Sequence record: OQ411014.1
Length of the DNA: 64,000 nt
Reading direction: 5' to 3' (one strand)
Origin: Escherichia phage EJP2
Below are positions 15,095-25,891 of the stretch, piece after piece (position 1 is the stretch's first letter; every line of letters begins with the position of its first letter). Under the pieces are notes generated by a model that worked only from the letters and a program-made list of their open reading frames with translations, was not told the origin of the DNA and searched no databases. The translations under genes were made by a program, and so were the position numbers.

Positions 15095-15462
15095 CGAATA
15101 TCTATAACAAAACACCAAGCAATAAAAACCTTGATGCAGAAGCAGAACAGATGTATGATACAATGAACAATGTGAAGAAAGAAAAATCACAATCACCAAT
15201 TGTAAAGAGTGTTGGTCGCGTAACTGAGATAACTTTAGGTGATTCGAAGTTTTCAGTGCATGATCCAGTACGGATTGAAAATATCATCAAGTTAGCAGAG
15301 AAGCACGAATCCAGCATTACGCAAATTCGTCAATCTATTCGGTCAACGAATCTGGTTATAAAACAACTTCAACAGAGAGTTGGTTCGTTGGAATCTGAAC
15401 TGAAAGCTATAAAGGACAAATTGAACAATGGATATCAAAACGGATACGGCAGTTCATTATAA
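15091..15462 (+). CDS. hypothetical protein
   Basis: Track ORF; GGAG RBS; ATGA overlap with the upstream gene. Confidence 0.5.
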   Translation: MTNIYNKTPSNKNLDAEAEQMYDTMNNVKKEKSQSPIVKSVGRVTEITLGDSKFSVHDPVRIENIIKLAEKHESSITQIRQSIRSTNLVIKQLQQRVGSLESELKAIKDKLNNGYQNGYGSSL

Positions 15463-16072
15463 GAAAGCACGAACAGATATTGACATTGACTTTAAAGATG
15501 CTAAGTCTGTTATCGCACAATTGCCGTGTATTAGAAGTACTGAAAAGATTACTGAAGATGGATTGATGGTTCATAATAGTGGTGTTCATTTTGATAACAT
15601 ACCATTTGATCCTGTGAGTGGGTTAGCTAGTATTCAATACAAAGAAGCAGAAAGGTTAGGATATCAAAAGGTCGATATTCTATCACAATCTGCTTATGTA
15701 CACGTTCGAGACAGAGAACATTTGAAAGAGCTAATGGCACGCGAGCCTGATTGGGGGTTATTACTTGAACCTGAGATTGTAAACGAACTCTCACAAATCA
15801 AGAAGCACCTCACATTGCTAACCGTATGGAAACCTTCTTCCATTGATGAATTAGCTATGTTCCTTGCAATGATTCGCCCTGGTAAAAGGAAGTGTCAAAG
15901 TATGAATAGTTGGGATGAAGTAAAAGGGACTGTTTGGGATTATAGTACAATTGAGTTGAACGGTGAAGGTAAGAAACTACCATACTTCAAGAAGCCCCAT
16001 GCTTATGCATACAGCTTGATGATTGTAGTCCAACTAAATGCTCTAGTTGAGCATCTTATTTCTTCTTCTTGA
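15428..16072 (+). CDS. hypothetical protein
   Basis: Track ORF, 214 aa. Confidence 0.5.
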   Translation: MDIKTDTAVHYKKARTDIDIDFKDAKSVIAQLPCIRSTEKITEDGLMVHNSGVHFDNIPFDPVSGLASIQYKEAERLGYQKVDILSQSAYVHVRDREHLKELMAREPDWGLLLEPEIVNELSQIKKHLTLLTVWKPSSIDELAMFLAMIRPGKRKCQSMNSWDEVKGTVWDYSTIELNGEGKKLPYFKKPHAYAYSLMIVVQLNALVEHLISSS

Positions 16073-16409
16073 GAGCAACATTCCGACGCTTGATACGTTT
16101 TGTAGGGATATTACTGAGAGAGATAACTGGTCCAGAAACAAAGTTTATGGTATCGGTATTAAATCTCTTAGTGTATCCTTCAAAAATTTCCATTTCTTCA
16201 CGTAAGAAAATACATACTGGAATAGAACGATTGCTTTGTTCCCACCAGTATTTTGCAAGACTAAGAAGTTCTTCTTGCTGAGACTCATCCATCATCTGGA
16301 AACAATACATAGTACTGTACTGTTTGCTTTTGATTTTGATGATTCCGTAGTAAGTGATACCGTCATGCTCAAGTACGGTCACGTAAGGGTAAGTTTTGTG
16401 ATTGTTCAT
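16056..16409 (-). CDS. hypothetical protein with basic C-terminal tail (lone minus-strand gene)
   Basis: Track ORF; GGAAGTG RBS on complement; convergent 17-nt overlap with the 15428 gene. Confidence 0.45.
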   Translation of the reverse strand: MNNHKTYPYVTVLEHDGITYYGIIKIKSKQYSTMYCFQMMDESQQEELLSLAKYWWEQSNRSIPVCIFLREEMEIFEGYTKRFNTDTINFVSGPVISLSNIPTKRIKRRNVALKKKK

Positions 16410-16462
16410 AGCACTTCCATAAATATTATATAATTAATACAAAGTATTTATAGGGAAAAATA

Positions 16463-17434
16463 ATGGCACATCATGGCTTATATATGTATCCGTGGAACAA
16501 CGAAGTATCATTAGGCAACTTCAACATGCCTTACAATAATGAGAATATCGTAATTTATCGCGGTGCTAACAACACATTGTCCTTCACTGTACATAACGCT
16601 GATGGAAAATACACCTTACTTAAAGATAACCAGTACTTAGTGTTCAGTATCTTTGATGCAAGAAATAACACTAAAATATTTGATACTACTTTGGAAAAAG
16701 TACAACCATCTTGGGTTTCTGAATCTGGACAAGCCAGACAAACTCTAGGTAATAAGAAAAAAGTTTACTACGGATGTTTAGTACCAGCAGGTGTCATACA
16801 AGATTTGAGTCCTGGTTCGAAGTACCGCTGGAGTATCATCAAAGTAACTATGGATGGATCTTTAATTGAACCAACTGAATACTTGTACACTGGTTTGGAT
16901 TATGAAGCTAGTGCTGAGTTGATTGTAAAAGACACTGCATCCCCTGCATTTGTTCCATCACAAGAGATTAGTGACAAACATAATTCCAGTTGGCTACCAA
17001 TCAAACACCCAGAGCGTGAACCTATTGCGAATGGTATCAAAGGTGATTTTGAAGTTCTTCATTCATCATCTATTCGTGCAGGTTGCCAATATGGTCTAGT
17101 TGAAGGATTGAGTACTATTGCCTTTTACTTTAAAAATTTCGTAGGTAGAATCCAGCTACAAGGTTGCTTGGCTAACAATAGCCCAATGGATTCTGAAAAC
17201 TACAAATGGTTCATCATTAAGTTAGATGACAAAGAGTACATTGAAAGTGGATTCGATGAGAATGGAATACCAAAAACAATTGATGGAATTCAACCATTTA
17301 ACTTCCGTGGTAACTTCATGTGGTTGCGGGTTGTGTGTGTCATACCACCAGTAGTTAGAAACTATCCACCTAATGAAGTAGTGAAGTTGTACGAACCACT
17401 GTTAACCGTTCCTAAAATTTTAATTCGACGATAA
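16463..17434 (+). CDS. hypothetical protein, 323 aa
   Basis: Track ORF; GGGAAA RBS. Confidence 0.55.
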   Translation: MAHHGLYMYPWNNEVSLGNFNMPYNNENIVIYRGANNTLSFTVHNADGKYTLLKDNQYLVFSIFDARNNTKIFDTTLEKVQPSWVSESGQARQTLGNKKKVYYGCLVPAGVIQDLSPGSKYRWSIIKVTMDGSLIEPTEYLYTGLDYEASAELIVKDTASPAFVPSQEISDKHNSSWLPIKHPEREPIANGIKGDFEVLHSSSIRAGCQYGLVEGLSTIAFYFKNFVGRIQLQGCLANNSPMDSENYKWFIIKLDDKEYIESGFDENGIPKTIDGIQPFNFRGNFMWLRVVCVIPPVVRNYPPNEVVKLYEPLLTVPKILIRR

Positions 17435-17453
17435 TTGAGACATAATGGAAAAG

Positions 17454-17464
17454 TGTGATATAAT
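17454..17464 (+). promoter_or_regulatory. extended -10 promoter TGTGATATAAT
   Basis: Exact motif copy; lies inside the track's 5' extension of the primase ORF, which argues for the downstream start. Confidence 0.5.
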
Positions 17465-17492
17465 CGTTGATACGAAACATGAGGATAGCACA

Positions 17493-18539
17493 ATGAATCC
17501 AGTACAAATTATTATGGCGACAGTCATGAATGATCCAGTACCAGCATTAGGGGTCTGGAAGTCATACAACTGTCCAGCATGTGTTTATCGTGGTCAGTCC
17601 AGACCGGATGTTCGTCATCGCGGTAATCACATGTTTACGAACGAAGGTTCTGTAATCTACAACTGTTATAACTGTCACTTAAAGACAGGTTGGAGTCCTG
17701 GAAAATATATGAGCAAAGATATGGCATCTTTGCTCTCTTATTTTGGGATATCCCAGAAATCACAAACCGAACTTGACTTTTATATAAAAGAGATGGTTGA
17801 AAGTGGTGATTTCAATCAACAAGAAGAAACAGCAGCACAACGCTTATATCAGCGTATAACGAAACGAGAGTTTCCAAAAGGTACTAAGTCTTTCTTAGAT
17901 TGGGTGAATGAAGAAACAATCCCAAATGAGTTTCTTAGTGTCTTGAATGAAGTAAATGGAAGAAACCCGTACTTACTCGATTTGGATTTATATTGGAGTC
18001 CGTCGAAAGAGAACCGGATGTATGACAGATTTATTATTCCATATTACATGAACGGTCAGCTTGTCGGCTATACTGCTCGACATAAAGATTTGTCCAGTTC
18101 AATGAGATATGTGAACCATGTTAGTACTTCATTGTTGTATAACTTTGATTTACTGAACGATCCAAATATCAAAACAGTACTAGTAGCTGAAGGGCCAATA
18201 GATGCAGCATTGATGGGAGGTGTTTCAGCTAACAACTACTATCTTGGTGCAGCCCAAATTGAAGTACTATTGGCAGCGAAAGAACGAGGAAAACGTATTG
18301 TAATAGTTCCAGACCGAGATAAGGATGGTCTAGTTACAATAGAACAAGCGATAGAGTTAGGATTCTCTGTATCATTCCCTGATTATGGAACAGTACGAGA
18401 TTCTAAAGGTATCAGATATATAAAAGATTTCGATGAAGCATGTGCAAAGTACGGACGATTATTTTGCATTCAAATGATTCACTCCAGTATCGTGGATGAA
18501 GCATTCTATATTCGAGCACAGTCAGACAAATGGATTTGA
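17493..18539 (+). CDS. DNA primase (DnaG/gp61-like: zinc ribbon plus TOPRIM)
   Basis: CPAC..x..CYNCH zinc ribbon; TOPRIM VLVAEGPIDA and IVIVPDRDKDG; start moved to ATG 17493 (GAGGA RBS) from track 17445. Confidence 0.75.
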   Translation: MNPVQIIMATVMNDPVPALGVWKSYNCPACVYRGQSRPDVRHRGNHMFTNEGSVIYNCYNCHLKTGWSPGKYMSKDMASLLSYFGISQKSQTELDFYIKEMVESGDFNQQEETAAQRLYQRITKREFPKGTKSFLDWVNEETIPNEFLSVLNEVNGRNPYLLDLDLYWSPSKENRMYDRFIIPYYMNGQLVGYTARHKDLSSSMRYVNHVSTSLLYNFDLLNDPNIKTVLVAEGPIDAALMGGVSANNYYLGAAQIEVLLAAKERGKRIVIVPDRDKDGLVTIEQAIELGFSVSFPDYGTVRDSKGIRYIKDFDEACAKYGRLFCIQMIHSSIVDEAFYIRAQSDKWI

Positions 18540-18550
18540 GGAAATAATAA

Positions 18551-20092
18551 ATGGTAAACACGGATGTAACCCAGTACAGTATTCAAGCACAAGAACGCCT
18601 ACTAGCAAAGATTCTTAGTAACCCAGAGTTGTATGTTCGTTGTAAAAACATTCTTCGTCCTGAGTACTTTGATAACGTATTCCGTAATAGTATTGAGTTC
18701 GTGAATGAATACGCAGTAAAATATAGTGAACTACCACCACTTGACGATATCAACTTCAAAGGTGGTATGGAATACAAACAAACTCCAGTATCAGATTTGC
18801 ACCAACAATCAGTACTGGACGATATCTCTGCATTCTGTCGTCATAAAGCACTAGCTTTGGCTGTACAGAAAGGAATGGAATTAGTACACCAAAAGAAATA
18901 TGGTGGTATTGAAGAACTAATTCGTGAAGCAATGCTAGTATCAGTACAGAACGAGTTAGGTCTGGACATTTACGAAGACCCAACATCTGTAATCAAATCA
19001 CTAGCTGATATGCAAGGTTCTTTCAAGAGTGGTTGGGATACTCTTGACTATAAATTATTTGGTGGCTTCGGTCGTCAAGAACTTGAAATCTTTGCAGCAG
19101 CATCTGGTGGTGGTAAGTCTGTAGTACTACAAAACTTAGCTGTGAACTTCTCCAAGTCAGGACTAAATGGTGCGTACATTTCTCTTGAACTTGCAAAAGA
19201 ACTTGTCGCTGTACGTATCTATGGTATGCTTATTGACAAGAAACAGCAGGAAGTAAAAACTGATATTGATAACACAGCACTACAGGTAAAGATTGAAGAG
19301 AAGACTAACGGTATGTTACGTATCCACCGTCTTCCAGAATCTGTCAGTACTACAAACGATATTGAAAGTTATCTACGTGAACTCCAGATCAAAACTGGTG
19401 TAAAACTAGATTACGTATGTGTGGACTACCTTGATCTACTAACATCTGACCGTTGTACTGCTCAAGATAAATCTAACGCATTCGTGAAAGATAAGTTCGT
19501 ATCGGAAGAACTACGTGCATTAGCAATGAAAATGGACATTACTGTTTTCACCGCTTGTCAGTTCAACCGTGATGGTGTAAAAGGTGAAGACAAGAAATCT
19601 TCTTCACAAATCGCTGGTGGTATTTCCAAAATCTATACTGCGGATAACGTAATCTTTATTGATGGTCGTAAAGACGTAGGTGAAATGTGGTTTGACTTCC
19701 AAAAAACTCGTAACAGTTCAGCAGTAGGTTCCCGTCTACGTATGTCTTATAACATGGATTCACTTCGTGTTCTTGACCATGCAATGACCGTTGAACAAAT
19801 GCAACAAGAAACATCATTCCAGCATAGTGGTAAAGTACGTATTGGTGGTGGTAATGTTTTATCTTCTCCATCTGCCCCGACTGCAATCCAACAATTGCAT
19901 AATTCTATGAAGAATGTAGTTCGTCCTCTTCAAGCACCTACCAGTACTGAAGAAGTTGTAGAAAGTACCGTTTCAGAAAGTACTACCGGTACTAATGAAC
20001 CTGCATATGCAAATACTGCACTAAATACTTCAAATACACCTTCCAATGGTCGTGTTGATAATATGAGGAAATTCTTACAGAATAGGAAATAA
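18551..20092 (+). CDS. replicative DNA helicase (DnaB/gp41-like)
   Basis: Walker A AAASGGGKS, Walker B YVCVDYLDLL, RecA-like C-terminal domain; adjacent to primase. Confidence 0.85.
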   Translation: MVNTDVTQYSIQAQERLLAKILSNPELYVRCKNILRPEYFDNVFRNSIEFVNEYAVKYSELPPLDDINFKGGMEYKQTPVSDLHQQSVLDDISAFCRHKALALAVQKGMELVHQKKYGGIEELIREAMLVSVQNELGLDIYEDPTSVIKSLADMQGSFKSGWDTLDYKLFGGFGRQELEIFAAASGGGKSVVLQNLAVNFSKSGLNGAYISLELAKELVAVRIYGMLIDKKQQEVKTDIDNTALQVKIEEKTNGMLRIHRLPESVSTTNDIESYLRELQIKTGVKLDYVCVDYLDLLTSDRCTAQDKSNAFVKDKFVSEELRALAMKMDITVFTACQFNRDGVKGEDKKSSSQIAGGISKIYTADNVIFIDGRKDVGEMWFDFQKTRNSSAVGSRLRMSYNMDSLRVLDHAMTVEQMQQETSFQHSGKVRIGGGNVLSSPSAPTAIQQLHNSMKNVVRPLQAPTSTEEVVESTVSESTTGTNEPAYANTALNTSNTPSNGRVDNMRKFLQNRK

Positions 20093-20095
20093 AAG

Positions 20096-20362
20096 ATGTC
20101 CGGTAAACATAACCTACTTGATAGTATTATAAATTATGCTCCCGTAAAGGAAGATTTATATACTTTTAGTAATAGAGCCGATCACGCAATCAATGCTGTG
20201 ATAAATCTAATGGAAAGTATCGAATCAGATTTCAGTCCTGACGAAGCTGAAGATTTGAAAAAGCGTCTTTTCCTTAGTATCAAAAACCGCGACTATCGGA
20301 AGTTTCAACGTGGGCTAGAGAATATAGCCCTCAATGAAAAACGAAATTCAAGGGGCGAATAA
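20096..20362 (+). CDS. hypothetical protein
   Basis: Track ORF. Confidence 0.45.
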   Translation: MSGKHNLLDSIINYAPVKEDLYTFSNRADHAINAVINLMESIESDFSPDEAEDLKKRLFLSIKNRDYRKFQRGLENIALNEKRNSRGE

Positions 20363-20544
20363 TGTCAAAGAAAACTAAAAAATTGAAAGAGAATGCTTCT
20401 GCTGGTGCAACATCAGCAGGTGCAATCGCATCGGTTCCTACTGGTCTACATTACTCAATTCTAATGCGTATCCCAAAGAGTGATTTCTTCGGGTATTCTG
20501 AAGTTGATGAAACAGGTAAGAAAAAGACTAAAAAAGGAAAGTAA
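20362..20544 (+). CDS. hypothetical small basic protein
   Basis: Track ORF, 60 aa; AAGGGG RBS. Confidence 0.4.
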   Translation: MSKKTKKLKENASAGATSAGAIASVPTGLHYSILMRIPKSDFFGYSEVDETGKKKTKKGK

Positions 20545-20943
20545 ATGAAAGCCTACACATTCTATACAATACATACAGTTGTAGATATTGGTGATGGTAG
20601 TACTGCTACAATTGTGGACGGTAAGTTTACTGGTGCTATGAATTTGTCACGAATAGTTGAAGCCGTAATGGTTTACGACTATCCGATGATGGTAAGTGTT
20701 GTTCGGGATGAAGTTGATCTATCCAAAAGCAATAATAGTGAATTTTATGATTTACCTTCCTCATGGGGTAAATGTATTGTCAGTACTTTCAAATTCACTA
20801 TTCCAATGAACGTCACCATCAATCTAACTGGGATACCATTAGTATTACCATCAATAGTAAATGGTACACGTATTACTAAATTCAACGCAGCGTTGAGTAC
20901 GCGTAATATTAGTATTAGTAAACAGACACTTTGGTCTGCCTGA
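20545..20943 (+). CDS. hypothetical protein
   Basis: Track ORF; AAAGGAAAG RBS. Confidence 0.5.
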   Translation: MKAYTFYTIHTVVDIGDGSTATIVDGKFTGAMNLSRIVEAVMVYDYPMMVSVVRDEVDLSKSNNSEFYDLPSSWGKCIVSTFKFTIPMNVTINLTGIPLVLPSIVNGTRITKFNAALSTRNISISKQTLWSA

Positions 20944-20986
20944 TAAATAATCAGGAATAAGAACACAGATTTCTTTTGGAGAGAAT

Positions 20987-21958
20987 ATGGACATACAACA
21001 AACTGCCGAACAACTGCAAAAATTCGCAGATGCACATGGCCTGAACATGGATTGTTCAGTACTACTAGATCAGATGGACTCTGGTGATTTCATTGAACTC
21101 AATGGGGCAATTGACAACTCTGATAACCATTCTATTATGCAGATTCTGCAAAAATACAAAGCACGCTTGAGTGAGAGCTATGGTTACTTTACTGGGAATA
21201 TCCTAGTTGAATCTTATGGCTTGAATTTCATCAACTCATTGAGCTATAATTCTCTTGAGAAATTTTTCAAAGAGAACGTATCTTTTGCAATGCATGATAA
21301 TAGTCATTTGACGATTGCAGAAATGAAAACAATTGCATATGATCATGCAAACATTGATAACGTTTCTGTGTTTATGGAAGATAATAACCCACAAGCACAA
21401 CTTACTGCTAACATTATTGCTAATGCAAACACTCGCCAACAACAAACGCAAGTGAACCCACAAACGCAAGCAAAAATGAAACAAGCTGAGTTACAACGTA
21501 ACTCCGGTAACAACGCAATGAAAGTTACTGTACCAGGTAATCAGTCTGGTACTAACAACGTAGCAACTCTTGTTGGTGTTGATCCAGGACCAACTGAACA
21601 GCAGACGTTGGTGGTAACTAAAGATCCTCAAAAACAAAACCAAGTAAATGTTTATGGTTTGGATGACGTGAATCCTGTAGACCAACAAGGTCAAATCAAC
21701 ATGACTGAAGAGTATTCTCCACAAGAGATCAATCAAGATGTTATGGCTCCAAGCGGTGCACACCCTGAGAGTGGTGGGCCATCCCCACTAACAGTTACTG
21801 AACCTGGTATTGGTGGTATCATTCAAGCTATTGCACATATCGAGTCCGAAGATAATATTCATGGTGATGAAAGCCCAATGGGTAATCAATCAATGAATGA
21901 TGAGAACGATATTATTGCACAAATCATTGATAACTGTTCTAAGATGCGAGGCCGCTAA
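20987..21958 (+). CDS. hypothetical Gln/Asn-rich protein
   Basis: Track ORF; GGAGAG RBS. Confidence 0.5.
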   Translation: MDIQQTAEQLQKFADAHGLNMDCSVLLDQMDSGDFIELNGAIDNSDNHSIMQILQKYKARLSESYGYFTGNILVESYGLNFINSLSYNSLEKFFKENVSFAMHDNSHLTIAEMKTIAYDHANIDNVSVFMEDNNPQAQLTANIIANANTRQQQTQVNPQTQAKMKQAELQRNSGNNAMKVTVPGNQSGTNNVATLVGVDPGPTEQQTLVVTKDPQKQNQVNVYGLDDVNPVDQQGQINMTEEYSPQEINQDVMAPSGAHPESGGPSPLTVTEPGIGGIIQAIAHIESEDNIHGDESPMGNQSMNDENDIIAQIIDNCSKMRGR

Positions 21959-22188
21959 TGAGAATGACCACGAATATCTATGGTCACTCAGTAATGGTAT
22001 CAAATGAAGAATATTCAGTATTGAAAAAAATCAAAGAGCGTGGTAAGATCCCCGCTCTCAAGATTCAAGAATATTACAGAACTGTAGCAGACAAATTGGT
22101 TTCTCGTGGAGTACTAAATAAAGTTCACGAGGATGGAAAGGATTTCTATGAACCAATAGGGAGTGAAGATGAAAGACAGCACAAGTGA
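21958..22188 (+). CDS. hypothetical protein
   Basis: Track ORF; stop/start overlap. Confidence 0.45.
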   Translation: MRMTTNIYGHSVMVSNEEYSVLKKIKERGKIPALKIQEYYRTVADKLVSRGVLNKVHEDGKDFYEPIGSEDERQHK

Positions 22189-22891
22189 TTTTATGGAAGG
22201 AATGCTATCGTCTTTGAATGATATTGAAGATGGTATCCAACCACAATCTCGACCACAACAAAATTACAATCACAATCAGAACCCAAATCAAGGTTTTGAT
22301 GTATATGCGGCACAAGCCGAATCTGCTGCTCGTGCACTCAATGAAACTAAAAACCTCTTAGAAGGTCTAACTGACATTGGGTTTGAATATGGAAATATCA
22401 ACAATCCAGACGCAGAAGCACAATCACAGCGTGCACCAACATATTCTGAATCACCAAGTACTTATGCACAACCAGTGTATAATGAACCAAAAATCCAGAA
22501 GCCATCGCGTCACTGGAGCTTAGTTGAGAATATTTTACAAGGTACTAAGAGTACTAAAGTATACAGTATAAAATGTAATTACAGTAACGAAGTACTAATG
22601 GATGGCATGTTGATGTTTGAATCATCCCAAACGTTAGTAAACTTACTCAATGAAGGACGTAATCTTTCGGACATAAAAGTACTAGGGATTATAAGTTCTG
22701 GTATACAGTACAGTACTGTTGTTATGGAAACACTTCGCAATGTGAAGAAACGCCAAAAAGTACTAAACGAATCACAGTATGATGTAGCCAAAGATCTTGA
22801 TGTGGTTATTTCAGAGAAGAAGAATGAAGCCAAACAACTAAGAAATCGTGTAATCAAATTTTTAGTTGACGAAGGATACATAACTAAATAA
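22169..22891 (+). CDS. hypothetical protein
   Basis: Track ORF from GTG 22163; ATG at 22169 with GGGAG RBS. Confidence 0.5.
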   Translation: MKDSTSDFMEGMLSSLNDIEDGIQPQSRPQQNYNHNQNPNQGFDVYAAQAESAARALNETKNLLEGLTDIGFEYGNINNPDAEAQSQRAPTYSESPSTYAQPVYNEPKIQKPSRHWSLVENILQGTKSTKVYSIKCNYSNEVLMDGMLMFESSQTLVNLLNEGRNLSDIKVLGIISSGIQYSTVVMETLRNVKKRQKVLNESQYDVAKDLDVVISEKKNEAKQLRNRVIKFLVDEGYITK

Positions 22892-22924
22892 AATAGGAAT
22901 TGACTATTATAAGGAAATATACAA

Positions 22925-23554
22925 ATGTCTAAGAATTTTTCTAAATTGATGGAAACTGCTAACAAAGGTGAAGCAATGTCTTACATTCGTCTAAACGAAT
23001 CTAACATTGAGAAAGCTGAAATTGTTCTAGCAGTCAAAGGCGAGATTGTTGACAAGCTACAACGTCAAGCTGAAGTAATCAACAACATGGGCGTGGACGT
23101 ATTAGGCCCACTACTAGATCGTATCAAAGCTGAACATGGTCTTGAATCTGCTGAAAGTTTCCGTAACAACATCAGCGGCCTATTAGAGCACGCAGTAAAA
23201 ACTCTAATGGATGTAAAAGATAAGATCAGTACTGAAACTCTAAAACTAACTGGTGATATTACCAATGAACCTAGTATCAGTGAACTAGGTGCAGGTGCAG
23301 ATGAAATGTCTCTTGACATGCAAACTCCAGAGTTTGACTTTGAAGCAGATGCAGATTTTGAAGATATTGATGTTGAACCAACTCCAGCAGAACGTGAAAT
23401 GAAAGAATCCGTTCAACCTAAACGTATCGGTATTGAGATTGAAAGTAAGTCCGGTGTTGTAGGTCGCAAGTTCTTCGAGAGCAAGCAATCTATGAAAACT
23501 TGGCTAACTGAAAACGAACACAAAATCAAACGCGTTATTGGTATGGTAAAATAA
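22925..23554 (+). CDS. hypothetical acidic protein
   Basis: Track ORF; AAGGAA RBS. Confidence 0.5.
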   Translation: MSKNFSKLMETANKGEAMSYIRLNESNIEKAEIVLAVKGEIVDKLQRQAEVINNMGVDVLGPLLDRIKAEHGLESAESFRNNISGLLEHAVKTLMDVKDKISTETLKLTGDITNEPSISELGAGADEMSLDMQTPEFDFEADADFEDIDVEPTPAEREMKESVQPKRIGIEIESKSGVVGRKFFESKQSMKTWLTENEHKIKRVIGMVK

Positions 23555-23563
23555 GGATACAGG

Positions 23564-23890
23564 ATGAAATTCAGTGAACTAACTGAAGTCGCTCCTGAGA
23601 AGAATATCCAAAGTATGATCATGACCACTGCACTATCTTTAGTTGCAACTGGTCGTGAAGAAGTGAAACTACAATCACTAATTGGTGAAATCAAAAAGCG
23701 TACTAACATTGATGTTCCATACAACGTTATGGTTGACATTCTTAGTAACCTACCTTTTGTAACTGATGTAAATAGTGATGTAGTTACCTTCGGTGGTGAG
23801 GATACCAGTACTGATGCCCCTGAAGAGGATTCAGCAGATATCGTTGCTGATATGGCATCAAAAGCGGCGTCAAGTAATTTGAAGCAATAA
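23564..23890 (+). CDS. hypothetical protein
   Basis: Track ORF; AAGGA RBS. Confidence 0.5.
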   Translation: MKFSELTEVAPEKNIQSMIMTTALSLVATGREEVKLQSLIGEIKKRTNIDVPYNVMVDILSNLPFVTDVNSDVVTFGGEDTSTDAPEEDSADIVADMASKAASSNLKQ

Positions 23891-23910
23891 ATTGAGACAG
23901 ATTTACATAA

Positions 23911-23921
23911 TGTGATATAAT
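23911..23921 (+). promoter_or_regulatory. extended -10 promoter TGTGATATAAT
   Basis: Exact motif copy 13 nt upstream of the ATG at 23934. Confidence 0.5.
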
Positions 23922-23933
23922 AGGAGTACAAGG

Positions 23934-24647
23934 ATGTACATACCACCAATCGTAGAACGATTCACTTATGCAGGTTACGAGAGAATAGAAGGCGGCCCAG
24001 AAGGTCGCCTTTATTCAACTCCAAGTGGTAATCTTCCTTCAGTAACTACAATATTATCTGCAACTGATAATAATGAAGGATTGAAGCAGTGGCGGGAATT
24101 CGTTGGAAACGAAAAAGCAGATGCAATCTGTTTGGAAGCAACAACAATTGGTACGTTTATGCACGAAAATCTGGAGAACCGATTGATTGGTAAACCTGAT
24201 CATGAAGGTGGAATGCCAGTACGAGTACTAGCTCGTAGAATGGCAGATGTTATTCAGAATGAAGCATGGCCTCATATAAATGAGGTATGGGGACAAGAAG
24301 TACCGTTGTACTATGAAGGATTATGGGCTGGCACTACTGACTTGGTAGGAGTTCACAATGGACTACCTACAATTATGGATTACAAAAATTCACGTAAAGA
24401 AAAGAAATGGAAACAGATTGAGAACTATCGTATGCAGCTTGCAGCTTATGCTCTTGCTCATAACTATCAGTTCGGTACGGATATAAATAGAGGCGTGATT
24501 TTTATTTGTGTTCGAAAAGATCCAAACAATCCAACATATCAAGAGTTCGTTGTTGAAGGAGATGACTTCAAAGAGGCTTGTAATATGTGGATTGAACGAG
24601 TTGAACAATATTATACTTTACGCGGAGAAATACAACATGGGAACTAG
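23934..24647 (+). CDS. PD-(D/E)XK-family nuclease (RecB/Cas4-like fold suspected)
   Basis: Spaced acidic/Lys motifs GTFMHE ... TTDLVGV ... IMDYKNSRK consistent with E, D, D/E-x-K; weak by-eye call. Confidence 0.5.
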   Translation: MYIPPIVERFTYAGYERIEGGPEGRLYSTPSGNLPSVTTILSATDNNEGLKQWREFVGNEKADAICLEATTIGTFMHENLENRLIGKPDHEGGMPVRVLARRMADVIQNEAWPHINEVWGQEVPLYYEGLWAGTTDLVGVHNGLPTIMDYKNSRKEKKWKQIENYRMQLAAYALAHNYQFGTDINRGVIFICVRKDPNNPTYQEFVVEGDDFKEACNMWIERVEQYYTLRGEIQHGN

Positions 24648-25230
24648 AACTATGAAACAAGACATTTTTACTATCAAAGCAATCGAATCTAAAGGTTATG
24701 AACTAGAAGAACTAATCACTCGTTCCGATGAAGAGATCGAGAAACTCCCACTAAGTGCTAAACTAATCACTTTCATTCAAGAGCTAAAAACTCGTGGTGG
24801 TAAAACTGCTGACCAACTAGCAGAACAAATCGCAGACCTAATGATGCGTGAAGAAAATGAACCAGCACCTGCTGTAGTTGAAGCATATGCAGATGTTAGC
24901 GAAGAAGTAGAAGAACTACCAACTATTACAATGTTAGTTGATGATGAAACTGAAATTGTAGTACAAGGTGACGAAGTTACTATCGAAGCTGAAACTATTG
25001 TCGTAGAAACTAAAGAAGTCCCAGTAGAACGCACTGAAGCTGCTCCTGATGATATTGCAGTCATCCGTGAAGCACTAGCAGCGAAAGAAGCAAAATCTTT
25101 CCAACCTTTCATCAAACACTTGAAAGCAGCAGTTCCAGCATCTATCCTAGACGCAGTAGACAGTACTGTAGTATCTGATCTAATCGATGCTCGTATTGCT
25201 GAAGTCAAGGCAGCAGCAGAAAAGAAATAA
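24637..25230 (+). CDS. hypothetical acidic protein
   Basis: Track ORF 24508 overlaps the previous gene; likely start ATG 24637 or 24652; Glu/Asp/Ala-rich. Confidence 0.5.
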   Translation: MGTRTMKQDIFTIKAIESKGYELEELITRSDEEIEKLPLSAKLITFIQELKTRGGKTADQLAEQIADLMMREENEPAPAVVEAYADVSEEVEELPTITMLVDDETEIVVQGDEVTIEAETIVVETKEVPVERTEAAPDDIAVIREALAAKEAKSFQPFIKHLKAAVPASILDAVDSTVVSDLIDARIAEVKAAAEKK

Positions 25231-25260
25231 ATAATCCTATAATATTATAGGAGATAATAT

Positions 25261-25827
25261 ATGGCACAACAACAAGTCGCTCTACAGCAAGTACGTTCCG
25301 GTAAACAGCGTGATTTACCGGACGCTTTAGAGAAAGGTCAAATAGGTTTCAGTACTGACGTTGGTCGTTTGTTCATTGGTTTACCATCCGCATCAGAACC
25401 ATCCTCTTTGGTCGCGGGTCGTAATTGGACAAATGCACCTAACTCTGGTAAAGAAAACGTAGAAATACTAACAGAATTTACACCGTGGGAAATCATAAAT
25501 GATTTGGTAAGTAAGCCAAACGTTATTGAAGTCCCTCCGTCAACAACACTAACATCCACTATTCGAAGTAAATCACGTGCATTCATAAATTATGTTGCAT
25601 ATGATGACACAACTGTGTTAGAATCTGGATCAGTACAAATTGTAGTAGATGGTACACGTACTCTTCTATCACAACAAAACAACACGAATCAGGATGATGG
25701 TATCTTTATGATTACTTTCTTGGAACCTTCATATGATTCAACGTCTCAACGAATGACTATGCCAGTACAGAATAGTAGTACTCGCAAATTCACAGTTGAA
25801 TTCCTTATAAGTGGGTGGGATAAGTAA
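25261..25827 (+). CDS. hypothetical protein
   Basis: Track ORF; AGGAG RBS. Confidence 0.5.
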   Translation: MAQQQVALQQVRSGKQRDLPDALEKGQIGFSTDVGRLFIGLPSASEPSSLVAGRNWTNAPNSGKENVEILTEFTPWEIINDLVSKPNVIEVPPSTTLTSTIRSKSRAFINYVAYDDTTVLESGSVQIVVDGTRTLLSQQNNTNQDDGIFMITFLEPSYDSTSQRMTMPVQNSSTRKFTVEFLISGWDK

Positions 25828-25891
25828 AAAAAGGCTTTCCCGCCTTTTTATTCCCCTATATAAAATTACAGTAAACAAACAAGGATGTATA

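Noticed and set aside
15428-16072. DNA polymerase III alpha-like fragment
   Set aside because: Only a short KVDILSQ-type resemblance; insufficient for a call.
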